Positions 12,101 through 24,100 of a stretch of 64,000 nucleotides of DNA are shown piece after piece. Positions within the stretch are counted from its first letter, which is position 1; the number at the start of each line of letters is the position of its first letter. Below the pieces are notes generated by a model. That model ran no database searches and was not told the origin of the DNA. It was given only the letters and a program-made list of their open reading frames with translations. Both the position numbers and the translations under genes were made by a program. Source of the stretch: Raillietiella orientalis (lineage: Eukaryota); NCBI GenBank assembly GCA_036172245.1, contig JAYWIR010000011.1, forward strand, positions 3,596,001 through 3,660,000, read 5' to 3'.

Positions 12101-15100
12101 TGAGATTTGTGGGGACACTTGCAACCCCTTTATGGCTTCCAATGGACAGACGATGGTAGGGTGCTGAGTGAGGCATAGAATCTGCAGCTGTTTCCACTTC
12201 TGGAAAAATGATGTCCCCTATCCATCAGCTTCCGTGAGTATCCACGGAGTGCATACCCACGGAGGGTGTTGGGAAAGTTCAGTTCTCGATCTTCGCAAAA
12301 AGGGAAGCGGGGAAGGACACTCGGTCTGGACCACGTGCTTGGGAGACAATTGCTTGTTTCTTGGCTCATTTAAGGGGGCGCGCCTCACGAGAAGAGCACA
12401 AAGAGGACGGTGCCACCACACGCGCCTTCGTGAGAAACGGCTACGACTCCAAGATCTCCAGTGAAGGGAGCACATGGAGGGAAACTCACAGCTGGTCTCC
12501 CCACCCTTTACCACAAGGGCCAAGTGCTATTGAGATCAGGAAGAGCGCGCACTGCATGAGAGACCCTGCCTGTGTTGAACCGTGTCTGATGTGCGTGCAA
12601 TATTGTCTTTGTTGCTAGAAGACAAAGAGATACTCAAGGAGGCACGGAACATCTGCCCGTCCTCAGCCAACGAGGTGATGCAGTTCGACTTCGGGATAGC
12701 CGTGCACTCCACTCCAGAATGGTACCTGATTGAGTGCTTGGATTCCTTCCAGGTATGCCTGTTATACCAAATTCTGGGAGCTTCCATGAATTCTGAGGTC
12801 ACTACTTGAAGACTCTGTGCCTCAGGCCAGGGAGGTCATCCGGAAATGAGTCATCCGGAGGGTTTCCTTTTGGAAATGCGCGGGGGAACCGGAGACGATC
12901 AAAGAGTTTTCTTCCACTCACTGAAGGTGCTTTTCAGGTGCACCACGCCAACATACTGGCCTCCAAGAGCACTCCAGATGCAAACTCGCACCTGGCAAAT
13001 GGTAAGGGAATTCCCCTTCTCTTGGTTGAGCAGCGTTGACGCGGTGGCATCCTCTCCACTTCAGAGCTGAGGTCGTCCTTAAGGACCCTCAAGCTCTTGC
13101 CCTTCAAGAAAACAGCACGCTCGCGCTCTGCGCATTCCTCTTGTACTCACCCGCATCCCACAAGCGGGAGGCGTTTCGAACAGCTGACCTTGAGGCAGCG
13201 ATTCCTGGGAATCCCTGACACTGACCTCAGCTTCAAAGGAAATGTACAGGGGAGGGCGCTGTCCTTCGGCGGCATGGGTGTTCCACCGGATAGGAAAGGG
13301 ATCTCGCCGCGCCTTCTTTGGTTGGGGCGGGGAAAAAGGTCACAGAAGTGATCCCAGCTTGCTTCGCTTCGAGGCCTCACTGACCTTCTTGCCTGCAGGT
13401 CCTTTCTCTCGGGAAATAGCCTTTTGTTAGACCCGTAGTCCATCCCCTTTGGGAAATGGGTGGGGAGACGAAAAGTCCTCAGCACTTTCCCCCTTTGAAG
13501 GAGGAAGTGAGGATCAGAAACAATGGCGCCCTTGAACTCCACCCGGAGAGCGACACCCCCTTGAGACCTTCGAGATTTTGCCTCCCCGGGCACAGAGTGC
13601 GCGGCCGAAGGGGGATCCTCCAGGAGACAAGTAAGGGACTCCAGGCGCGGCAACCTTTCCCCTCCCGGATGACACGGACCCTAGACTTCCATCCAGGAGT
13701 CACGCTTCGCTCCAGCAGGAAGGCAAAGGATGCGTACTCGGGATTGCATGCCCGGCTACAGAGACCGAGGCGAGAGCCCACGGCGGTCGCCATTCCTTCC
13801 TTGTGAAGGGGAGTCTGCGGCCACTCTTGGCTCCCTTGGCGATCCGCGTGCGACTACAGAGTCGCCTTCTTGTCGGAGGAAGCGCAGAGCAGGAGCGGAG
13901 GAGACCTCGGCGTTCTGCTCCGACCCCGTCTGAGGGCGGTGCGTCCACTCCTCTCTGCCCAACCTCTCATCCCTCCCTTCGAAGGCATCCCGCTGCGCAG
14001 GAGCGAGGAAGACCAGAGGATGCGCCACTCCTACTGACCCCGCGCGGGGCGTCGCGTCTCGCCGGACCTACAGAGGGGGAAGATGAAACGAGACTTAGGA
14101 AGGGAGGAGGGAGATAGGACTCTTCCCTTTGAGGAAGGAGACTGCCGGAAGGGGAATCCTCGGAGGAAATGGGCGGATTTGCCGAAGGACGCACACCACC
14201 TTTCGGAAGGAAGTCCGCGATCGCTGACCCTTCCGAAACGCGCGGCCTCTGGGTCTCTCCTTTTCGGCGAGGGTTGAGTAACCTTATGCGACCGTAGTCA
14301 GATCTGACCCTTCCCGGACGAGCAGCCTCTGCTCAGGAATGCCCCCAGGTCAGTGAGGGGTCACGCAAGATCGCGCTGGAGGCCGTCGGATAGTTTTAAG
14401 TAGCCTGAGACTACGGACCGCAGCGCCGCTGACTGAACGCGACCTTGTATGATCTCTACGTTTCTCCTTTCAGGGGAGCGCCAGGTGGAGGAACAGGAGA
14501 GGAGGAAGGAGCATGCAGGCGTCCTGTCGCTGCCACTGGTGATGCCCCCGGTGATCCTCCTGCGGCTCCTGCAGCACCGGGCGTCCGGCAGGCTCCTCCG
14601 GCTCGCGTCCGCGGCCCGGCGTCCGGGTCGCGGCCGTGCGGAGGTTCCGCGGACGGGCAGGTGGAATGCCCTTTATGCCAAGGCCAGCGACCCCCCTCCG
14701 CGGGAGCCCGCCGAGGCCGCTCAGTCCTCGCCCTGCAGAGGCGCAGCAGCCCAGGGAGGCGGCGGTTTCTTCTCCAGGCTGCACCTCTTCCAAAGGTCTC
14801 CGCGGGACGATGGGACCCTGCAAGCCTCCGGACAGGAATCCCCTTGCAGCAGGAGGAGGGGCCGCAAGTCCGGCAGCTCCCTGCGGGGGCGCCAAGGACG
14901 GGACGCCGCTGGAGACCCCGGAGAGCTCCTGTCGTTTGCACGGGAGCTGCAGAACCTTCCGGACTACGGCGAGGGAGTGGCCCTGGAGGAGGGGCGGTCA
15001 TCCTGGAGGCTCCCCCCTCCAGGGGGAGGGTCCGGAGGGGGGAGCGCCCCCCCCACGGTTTCGCCGGGCTCCCCGCTGGACTCACCCTTAGGTGGCTCCG

Positions 15101-18100
15101 GATGGCACCCCCTGAGGCGTCACCGGTCCTCCCCGGAGAGGCCCAGTCGGAGGGCGTCTCTCCGCGGGCAAGGAGAGGCAGCTACCCGCCGGCGCGCGGT
15201 CAGCTTCCCTGCCCTGTTCCGGGGCGGTGGAGACCGCCTTTCCGCACGAGGAAGTAGGAGAAGGTGGGGGAGTGCCTCCGGGCGGGGTTCCTGCCCGCGG
15301 CCGCGACTCGAGGGAGCCACCCACGAGGACGACGTCTCTCTGCCCTTCGTGCAGGTGAGGCTCCTGCTCGTTTTTTTCGGGGGAGAAGCAGTCACCCTCC
15401 CTCATCCCCCTCTTCCTCCTCCTCAGGCGTTTTGGCGCTGCTATCACGGAGCCACCGCCTGCGAGAATGCTGGATGCGAGGTGCTTTCGGACCTGCTGAT
15501 GCTGGGAGGCAGCGGGTGGCCTCCACTCGAGAGCAGTAGCGCTCGAGAATGCCCTCAGGTCAGTGAGGGGTCACACAGGGTCGCACTGGAGGTCATCTGG
15601 TCGTTTTAGGAGCCAGGGGCGACGGAACACAGCGCCACTGAGGACGTTCTGGATGCGGAGTACCAGAAGGTGAGCGGTGACCCTCAGGGGAATTCCCTTT
15701 CTTGTCAGCGGTCATCCCCGACCGTCGCGCGCCTTTCAGCTCCAGAGGATGGTCGTCTCCGGGGAACTACTGTGCACGAAGGAGATGGCGGCCTCGCTGG
15801 CGTGCATCCACCTGAGGCTGGAGGAAGCATTCCCCAGGCACGGGCGCGCCGTTGCCCAGGAGACCGGCGAGCCCCGTCAAAAGGTCTGCGCGCGCTTCTG
15901 CCTCCCCGCTGAGCTCCACCCTGGCTCGAGAGGATCGAAGTCCCCTTCGATCCCTTCGAACGGCCTTGAACCTCTCATCCATCCGCTCGCGCTTCCTGGC
16001 GTCGTCCGCCATCTCCACAGCAATACCCGGTTCTCCGCGGGAACGGCGGCTGTCGAGAGGCACTGACTGACGAAGAGGAGGAGCAGGAAGAGGAGAAGGA
16101 GGGAAGAAGGAGGAGGAAAGAGGACGAAGAAGGAGAGGAGGAAGAGGAAGATTGTCAAGTGCTCCCTCAGAGTGAGCCCCCCTTATGAATTCCCAACTGT
16201 TGGAAAGAAAGCGAGGAGCGGTGCTGCTGTGGAGAAAGGAGAAGGAGGAAGGAGAGAAGGAGGAAGAAAGGAGGAGGAGGAGGGGGAGACGATCCTCTCA
16301 GCCTCCAGAGCGCCCAGGCCAGAGCCGGATGAGGCGCCTTAGCCACGAAATGCCCTCCGCGCGTTACCAGCCTCCTTCCTCCGAGCTACTTAAAAGCGCC
16401 CGAGGGCTGCTCAGCTTTGTCGGAAAGTCTTTCAAAAAGGAACGCATGACACTCGCAAATGGACCAGAACTGGCCTCATCGCTGGAGATGGGCAGGGGAT
16501 AGGCGAGCCATTGGGCACCCCCAATGAAGCAGCCAGACTCAACAGCGTTTGGGGGAGGAAATCTTCGGGGACCTTGAACTCCGCAGCCTTCAGAAGAAAA
16601 TCGAGCGCGCGATGCCGAGGCGGAGGTTCCGCTCGCAGTGGACCACTCGTCGAAATGGTCCCCCACTTAGCTGTAGGACCAGTTGTGGTGGTTGGGTCCA
16701 ATCCTTCTCAGGGGAGATCCAAGCGAATTCCAACGTCAAGAAAAACCAGCACTTCCATCAAGGATAGGACACTGAGGATAGGATGCATCGATGGAAGCTG
16801 TGGGATGAGGATTCTGGAAAAATGTGGAAGACGCTTTCTGAGACGAGATTTTGAAAAGAAGTAGACAAGGAAGAAGAAGCAGAAGAAGGAAGGATGCTGT
16901 AGCCAACCATCCTGAGAAAATGAGGGCAAAGATATCATGCGGGCAGTGCAAGAAGAAGACGTTGCATCGTTCATGAAGGTGGGAAAGCAGAGGGTCCAGC
17001 AAGGAACCCGCGTCTGGAAATCCTAGTGCAAGAGAATTCAGGCGGAATGAGAGGGCCCTTCTAGAAAGGAGGTCAACTGCCCAAGCACGTGCCTCTGGCA
17101 CCGTCGATCTTCGAGCAGTGCTGCAGATCGGCGGGAGAGATGGCATCGCGGCAGAGGAGCGCGGCAGTAGCCTGCTTGCGGCCCGCGGCCAACAAAGTCA
17201 TCGTCTTTCGACAAACTGGACTCCCTACCCCCGCTGGGTGGGTGGCCTCGCGGAAAATTACGCGGCGGTAGATGTGCCGCGTCCATCGATGGCCAGCAGG
17301 TGGGAAGCCATCATCGGTTTCCAAACGCACTGGGCGGTTCCCATCGCCCGAACAAAATTCGCTGTCCGGGATCGCCGCAGCAGCTGAGCTCAGCGTCCAA
17401 ATTGGATGCTTTCGACCTCCTCATCGCGAGGTTTCCCCTTCTTCGGGTCAGCGGCCAGCATCCATACGATTTGCTGCCTCAGAACTCTCTCCGATCGATC
17501 ATGAAATGCATGAAGAAAGGCCCGGTGCGCTGAAGACCTTCCTCCGTGGCAGGAGCTTGACAGAGAGATGAAAGGACTGGACAAAACCACTTGCACCACG
17601 CGAAACCTCCATCTCCTCTGCCAAGATGTCCAAGCGTCCCATTCCGTCCTGCGAATTTCGTGCAGTGCATCTCCATCCTCCTTGGAGCCGCTGGCACATC
17701 TGACGTGCGCGTCGGCTGCAATCGGTCATAGCCGGAGAGGTCGGGTGTGCTGAACTGCAGTTCCGTTTCCTGCTGCGGCGGCTGTCCGCTGCTTCCATGC
17801 ATCCGGACATCGTTGGGAAGCCGGATGTTGCACAACTCTTGCCTCCGTCCTTTGCTACCGTTCCTTGCCTTTGAATCGCTTCCGCGTCGCTGCCTGAGGG
17901 TCCATCTCGATAGGTGGATGGAGAACCGCGATGTGGAGAAGAACTTTCCCCGGTGGGAGAAGAAATTTCAGAGAAGAACTTACGGGGAAATTTTGCTAAC
18001 CCTTTTGTGTCGCGACTTTCGATCGATCCTTCAGCATCAGAATTTTTTTTTTTGCTTCCGAGTAACGATCGATCGTCTGATGCGGAAGGAACGGATGGCT

Positions 18101-21100
18101 ATTTTTGGAGTGCATGCTCCTTAAGACACACGCTGGAAGATTTACTAACCCACTGCTTCTCAGTTATAATTTTTAATGATCTTTAATCCGTATTCCAGGC
18201 AGCTTTCCCTTTTCGGGGATGCGTCGAGCACTGCTTCCGGTTGCATTACAGTCAGATGATCAAGCTGAAGAGCCGCCGACAGTGCAGCGCTACCAGGAGG
18301 TGCTCGACGAAACCACCGGTCAGGAGGGCGAAGGCTGGAAATCAAGCGAAGTACCTCGACAGGGAGAGGATTTTCCAGCACTGCATCCCGCCGTACTTTG
18401 CGCAATCGAAAATAATCTCCAAGATGATAAAAGTGAGACCACTCGTTCCCAAAGACCTCGGTCAGCTTGAGCTTCGCGATGAGTCGTTTGCGGCCTTTCC
18501 TTCCTGAAGGCACTTTGATCGGCGTAGAAGAAGCCTTCTCCCCTGAGTGCGTGGGATGGCGCATGCTCCCTGGTCGCGGATCGACGACGCCTCGAATTCC
18601 GCTTTCATTTCTTCTTTCTGGTCGGTTGATCCGCGAAGGCTCCTCCTCGGGCGTGCACGTTCACACTAGCGTTCCTGCTTACCGTTCCTCCTTCTCTGGT
18701 CTGGTTCGGATGAAGGCGCGGGTCTTTCGCGAGCGTTCACTTTGGACGAGGCGGTAGCGAAAGGTCCACTCTCCCCTCCCCCTTTCCCCCACCAGAGCGT
18801 GAGTGCGAGCTCGCCACGGCTACCAAGACCTCGACTCGTTTCACTCTCACGAAATTCAAATGTCATTCCATGACTCGCGTTTCTTTGTTTTCGAATCGTG
18901 ATCGGCATCAGAGATTCCGCTTTGCCGAAGAATGATCTGCAACTCTTGAGCAAAGAGCAAACACTAGGCACCGGATAACACGTTGGCGTTGCATGAGAGG
19001 AATACGGAGCGGTCGTCTGCGTTTCTTCGCCACTTCTTCGCTGCCGGTGTAACTGGAACGGGTGATTGTCCTCCGCGTTGCTGCTGCGTTCCTTTTACTG
19101 CTGAGTTTTTGCTTTCCATGTAATGATTTTCAACCATTTTATGATTGGATGTGGATGCAGGAGAAGACGAGAAAGCTTTTCCATTCAAAGATATACGATT
19201 CCGAATGCCTCCTGAAGCAGCTCTACGTGCAGAGATGCAAGAATCTGCCTGCGTTCAATTGTCACATATTCAAGGTCAAGGAATCGTCTCGCAGGGCCAG
19301 CAAACCAGGCGTAAGCAACCCAAAGTTCTTTCTGCTGCATGGTACAAAAAGAAAAAAAAAAAAATGAGAAAAAGCCAACAAAACAAAAACACGCACACAC
19401 ATGCACACACACACACAAAAGAAACGCTTGAGCTGGAAAGCCTTTCACGCGTATCCAAGGAAACTCGTAAATCCGATATCCGCTTCTGCGAAGAATGCTC
19501 GGAAACCGATCTCGGTTTTGGTGCTCGGAGGAAATGATGCTATGTGCACGCTGCATGCAGCAAAAACTTGGAAACCATGGGTGCCTCTGTTTGGAAGTTC
19601 ACGGAACAAAATAAAGTCCCATCGTTTTTTTCGAAATAAGCACGCAAAAGTAGAGCTTTCTTTCTGATTGCACGGAGCTAAGCTTTTCTTCGGTAAGAAC
19701 GATCTAATGAGATTAGTTACAGGAGACGACGCAGTTTCCACATCTGCTGCTAAAACCCGCTTACGTTTGATCAGGTGCTCGAAATAAGCACATATTATGA
19801 CCTTAAATAAGGTGCCCAAATTCATCTTCGGCTACAGTTTTTCGGCTGTGGTTCGTATCACCCCGGTAGGTACTTTGGAGAGAGCGGAATTTGAAAACTG
19901 TCATGGTGACGATAGCAAAGTAAAGCGGCAAAGTCTTGGAGCACGTTGGCGTCGTCAAACATCGTTCATCTCGATGACCACGCAATGCCATAGAATTCAC
20001 GGTTTCAACTTTTGGTATTCGTTGCCAAGGACTTGGGAAAACGACGCTCGCGGACCATTGCCTCTTCCTACCCTACTTTTCAAGCGATTGAAGGCGCGCC
20101 TCACTACTTGGCCGTGTTCAAGCTCTTGCAGCAATCTGTCCCACATACCACCCTGCTGTGTTCGAAGGAACTGGCGCAAGAGCAGTGGCAACGTTTTGCC
20201 ATCATCTCGTGGATCGAGATTTCGTTTATGAGAAACCACAAGCTGAAACCGCTGCATGGAAACGTGGGGACGAGCACCTGACGGAGGCCACCCCGCTGCC
20301 TCGGTTCCAAACGCACTGGACGGTTCCCGTCGTCCGGACAAAGTTCACTGGCTGGGATTCTGCGTCCGACTTTGATGCTTTCGACATCTTCATCGCGAGG
20401 TTTCCCCATCTTCGGATCAGGAGCAGAGGATTGGGGCACTTTATTTTGAAGCACCTGTCCGATGCCTCAGGAAGCAGCGGCCAGCCGCCATACGATTTCC
20501 GGCCTCAGATCTCTCTCTTTCTCTGATCGATCATGGAATTCGTGGAGGAAGGACAGGTGCGCTGAAGACCTTCCTCCGTGGCAGGAGCTCGACAGGGAGA
20601 TGGGTGGACCGGACAAAACTGCTTGCATCCATGCGTTTGGTATGTCAAGGAACATGCTTTCTCCGTGCTCCCCCCACAATAGGCTCCCTAGGATTTCGTG
20701 ACTCCTTCCGAGATTGCGCCCCTTGTCTTTTGTTCAAAACAGAAAGCAACAACGCGCGGAGGCACCTCATTTCTATGTGTGCACCGCGCTCCTGTTGCGT
20801 GATTCGTGCGGAAGAGGCGTAAGAAAAAAAGATATCTTGTACGGACCTTGGGAGGGTATGAGTTTCTCTCCCCCCCCCCCTTCGCAACCTCGTGGGGCTC
20901 AGTCTGATCAACAGTTGCTTGTTCTTCCACTGGAAGCAGTCCTTTCCGTAAACGGACATGCTGGAAAAGTTACCCACTTGCCTATGCTCGCTCGCTAGAG
21001 GAGATCGCTCAGGGGAAAAATGTAATGACGAGAGTTCACTCTGTTTTCTTCTTTCCTTCAGAATATGAAGCTTCTTGGCATTGGACCTCAGCGGATCATC

Positions 21101-24100
21101 CTACTGGACAGCTGCACGCACGCTTTGAATGAAGAGCAGAGAACTTCCGACCTGCTGCAGGTAAGCCGCGGTTTTTCACCTACTCCCCACGCAAACAGCC
21201 ATTCGGAACAACTCCTCGATAACAGACAGTGAGCCGGCTTTCTCTTGGATGAGTATCAGTCCCCTCTTTCCTTGGCGAAGAACACATGAAAGTTTGGACT
21301 TGGCTGACGCACTGAGTTTGCCAATCACAGCAACTCCCTTTGCCAAAACAACAAAAAAACACAAAGGGAACTGTCACAGTAAGAAATACCAGCATGTGAA
21401 AAACAAATTGTTACAATGTACTGCTCTCGGAGCCAAAATTAACTTACGACAAGATCATGCGAAAAGCAGCCTTGCGAGGTCATCACTACTCGGCGCATTA
21501 CTCGAAGCAGGACGATCTTGTTCTCAGGAACATGTGAAATCGCCTGCAAGATGATGATAAAGTGTCCGTTCAAAGCGTTCTCTCTCTCGAACTCATGGCC
21601 TCCAGGCGAAACGAGCGGCACAAGCACCGTTGCCAAGAACGCTCTCGCTGGAGGACTTTCGGGTTGACAGTTAGGATAGGTCTCCGCTCGTGGCAGCGAG
21701 CGTTGCGGGTTCGAATCCCCACGTCGAGCATCGGCGCTGAGAAATGGGTGCGTCGTGGGTTTCGAATCCCCCTCCCCTCAGGATGTCGCTGGTTGGCTTC
21801 GGTTAGCTTTGGGTGCGACGCTGGAGGAAGCCGGAAGCCCACAGATGTCCCGTCGACTGGCCGGGATTGCAAGTTGAGCTTCCGGATTCCTTCCAGGAAT
21901 CAAGGAGTCGTTCCCTTCAGGATTCTCCCCTTCAGTTGTGAAAATAGAGCCGTACTATAAAGCTGGTTGATGCCTCCCTCAAAGGTTGCCTCTCCAGAGT
22001 ATCAAGAAGTGCGCTGCTCCCTTGGAGGAGAGCAACCTTTCAGAGTAAGTGGCAAGCGTGCCTTCGGGGTACTCTCCAGAGAAGTAACAAGGATCCACGA
22101 AGCCTTTCTGAATTCATAGGATGATCCCTCCAGGATTATCCCCCTAACTTGAAGAGTCACACGCGCCCTCGGGTGGCGTAGGCAGTGTTGGATGCGCTTC
22201 GTCACCCTCCCCCCAGGGAGGCGAACGGTTCTTCAGTACTCTTTGGGAACTAAAAAGAGAAAAAGCGAAAGCAAGAAGACTGTAGAGCCGGCTCTGGACG
22301 AGATCGGCATGGAAACCCAGAACCCCAAATTTGGTCCAGACTCTCATCGTGAGGAAGCAGCAGCGTAGGAACCCGGAGACGGGAAGTGCAGAAATCCTGC
22401 TGACAACTTAGAAGATCAGCAGCAGGATGTTGCTTGTGGCTGAGGCTCTTTCTGTGATCCAATCAGTCTCCTGGGAAAGCCGGCGTTTCGAGCCAGCCGG
22501 GAATGCATCATTCGCCCTGCTTCCGTCTCTTTGTCAACAGAAACTTGTCTGTTTTCCGTCAGGCTTTAGTTCTTGGTCTCGTGCGCCTTCTAGTCATCGT
22601 TGAGATCCCTTCGGCTTCAGGAACAGTCTCTTTCGTCTTGATTAACTTAGTCAAGAAGGAGTACTTTCTTCGCGAAGCACTTCTGCCTTCATGTGTGAAA
22701 AACACTGCGTGAGTCGTTGTGCATTCGTGTCTCCAAAACTCCCCAGCAGTTGCGAATTCTCTCCACATTCCTGCTAGCGGCACCACCTGTCTTGCAGCGA
22801 GGTCATTGGTTGTGTCGATGCAGCACCATCGTGTCTAACCGCCTTCTGGTGCCCGAGGTTTCCCCGTGACATTCAGTAATTTCTGAGAGGAGGCCTGATG
22901 AAGGAACTCGTTGCAGCTTCCGCAATCATGAAAAGAATCATCAGCTCTTTAATTCCTCGGCGCGGCATCCACCCCCGCGTTGACTGAGACTCGAAGTGGA
23001 ACCAATCGGTTTCATCAGGATTTGCAGGAATGCCACTGGACATTGATTTCGGATCTGGAACAGAGCAAGATTGTCCAGATGTACGGCACGGAGTTCTCGT
23101 ACTCCCCGTGAATCCACCGAAATCAGTGGACCGGTGCAGAGATGGGAGAAGGTTTTTCGTGGGCGGTGAGCGTCAAATTGTGCACAATCGTGCTCATTTG
23201 TTTACAGAAAGGATCCTCCCAGTAAACTGCAGACCATTGGATTGGATCAGGAGAAATCCTGGAGCCCCGCGTGACGTCACAGAAAAGAGTGCCTTTCGCG
23301 ATCGCTCTCTGCACACATTCCAAATCTGCTTGAGTGGGGGGGACACACAAAAAAGAGTCTCCCCGTTTTTCTCCAAACACGGGTTCCCCATTCTGCAGGG
23401 AACAGCCTCCGCTGTTCGCGAGCGTGTTCTCTGCACTCTGTATTCCATGTGACCAAGAGGCCCTCATCTTCCCTTCTGCCTTCAATGAAGAACGTTCGCT
23501 GCTTGCGAAATCAGGGCGCCGTTCGGAGCTTAGAATTAATCTTCCTGGTCGTTACGAGATGCTTTCGACTCGCCCAGGATTTTCAGCTTCCTTTCAGTTT
23601 AAAAGGTCACTGGTCCACTCAGACACCAGATTTTCTACTTCCCTTTCGAAGAGCAAAGGCTCGTTGAAGCTTCCTCTCTGAGACTTTCTGAGATCATTGT
23701 CATTGCTGTGGAAACAGATCTTCCGGACTCGATCTCGTTTCCCGAGCCAGTGCGAAATCACCTCCGAAGAAGCTCTTGAAAAATACCTCGATATCTTCAG
23801 CGAATGCCCAGCTGGAAGAGAGCTAGGGTCCTTCCGACTACCGATGCGATTATCCGTCATCGCTGCACCCGTCTTTCGGAACAGACATTGACGTCGGCGA
23901 CGCTTTGCGGCGTCTCCATAGAAAAGCATCCTTCCTGCACAGCGTGCAGCACTCTCTGACGCTTTTCTTCACGCCTGAGACGCTAACAGTTCGCTGGAAA
24001 CGTGGAAGCCAGGAGGTTGGCACGGGCACAAAAGTTTCTTTCGCGATGTTGCGGACCTGTGATCATGAGGAGACGAAGATTCAATGCCTTTCACTTCTCC

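Noticed and set aside
12280..12365. LRKKG...CLGDNCL read as a mononegavirus RdRp GDN motif (endogenous virus)
   Set aside because: The spacing is too short for motifs B to C, no motif A is present, and another frame gives a better colinear Penelope-like match.
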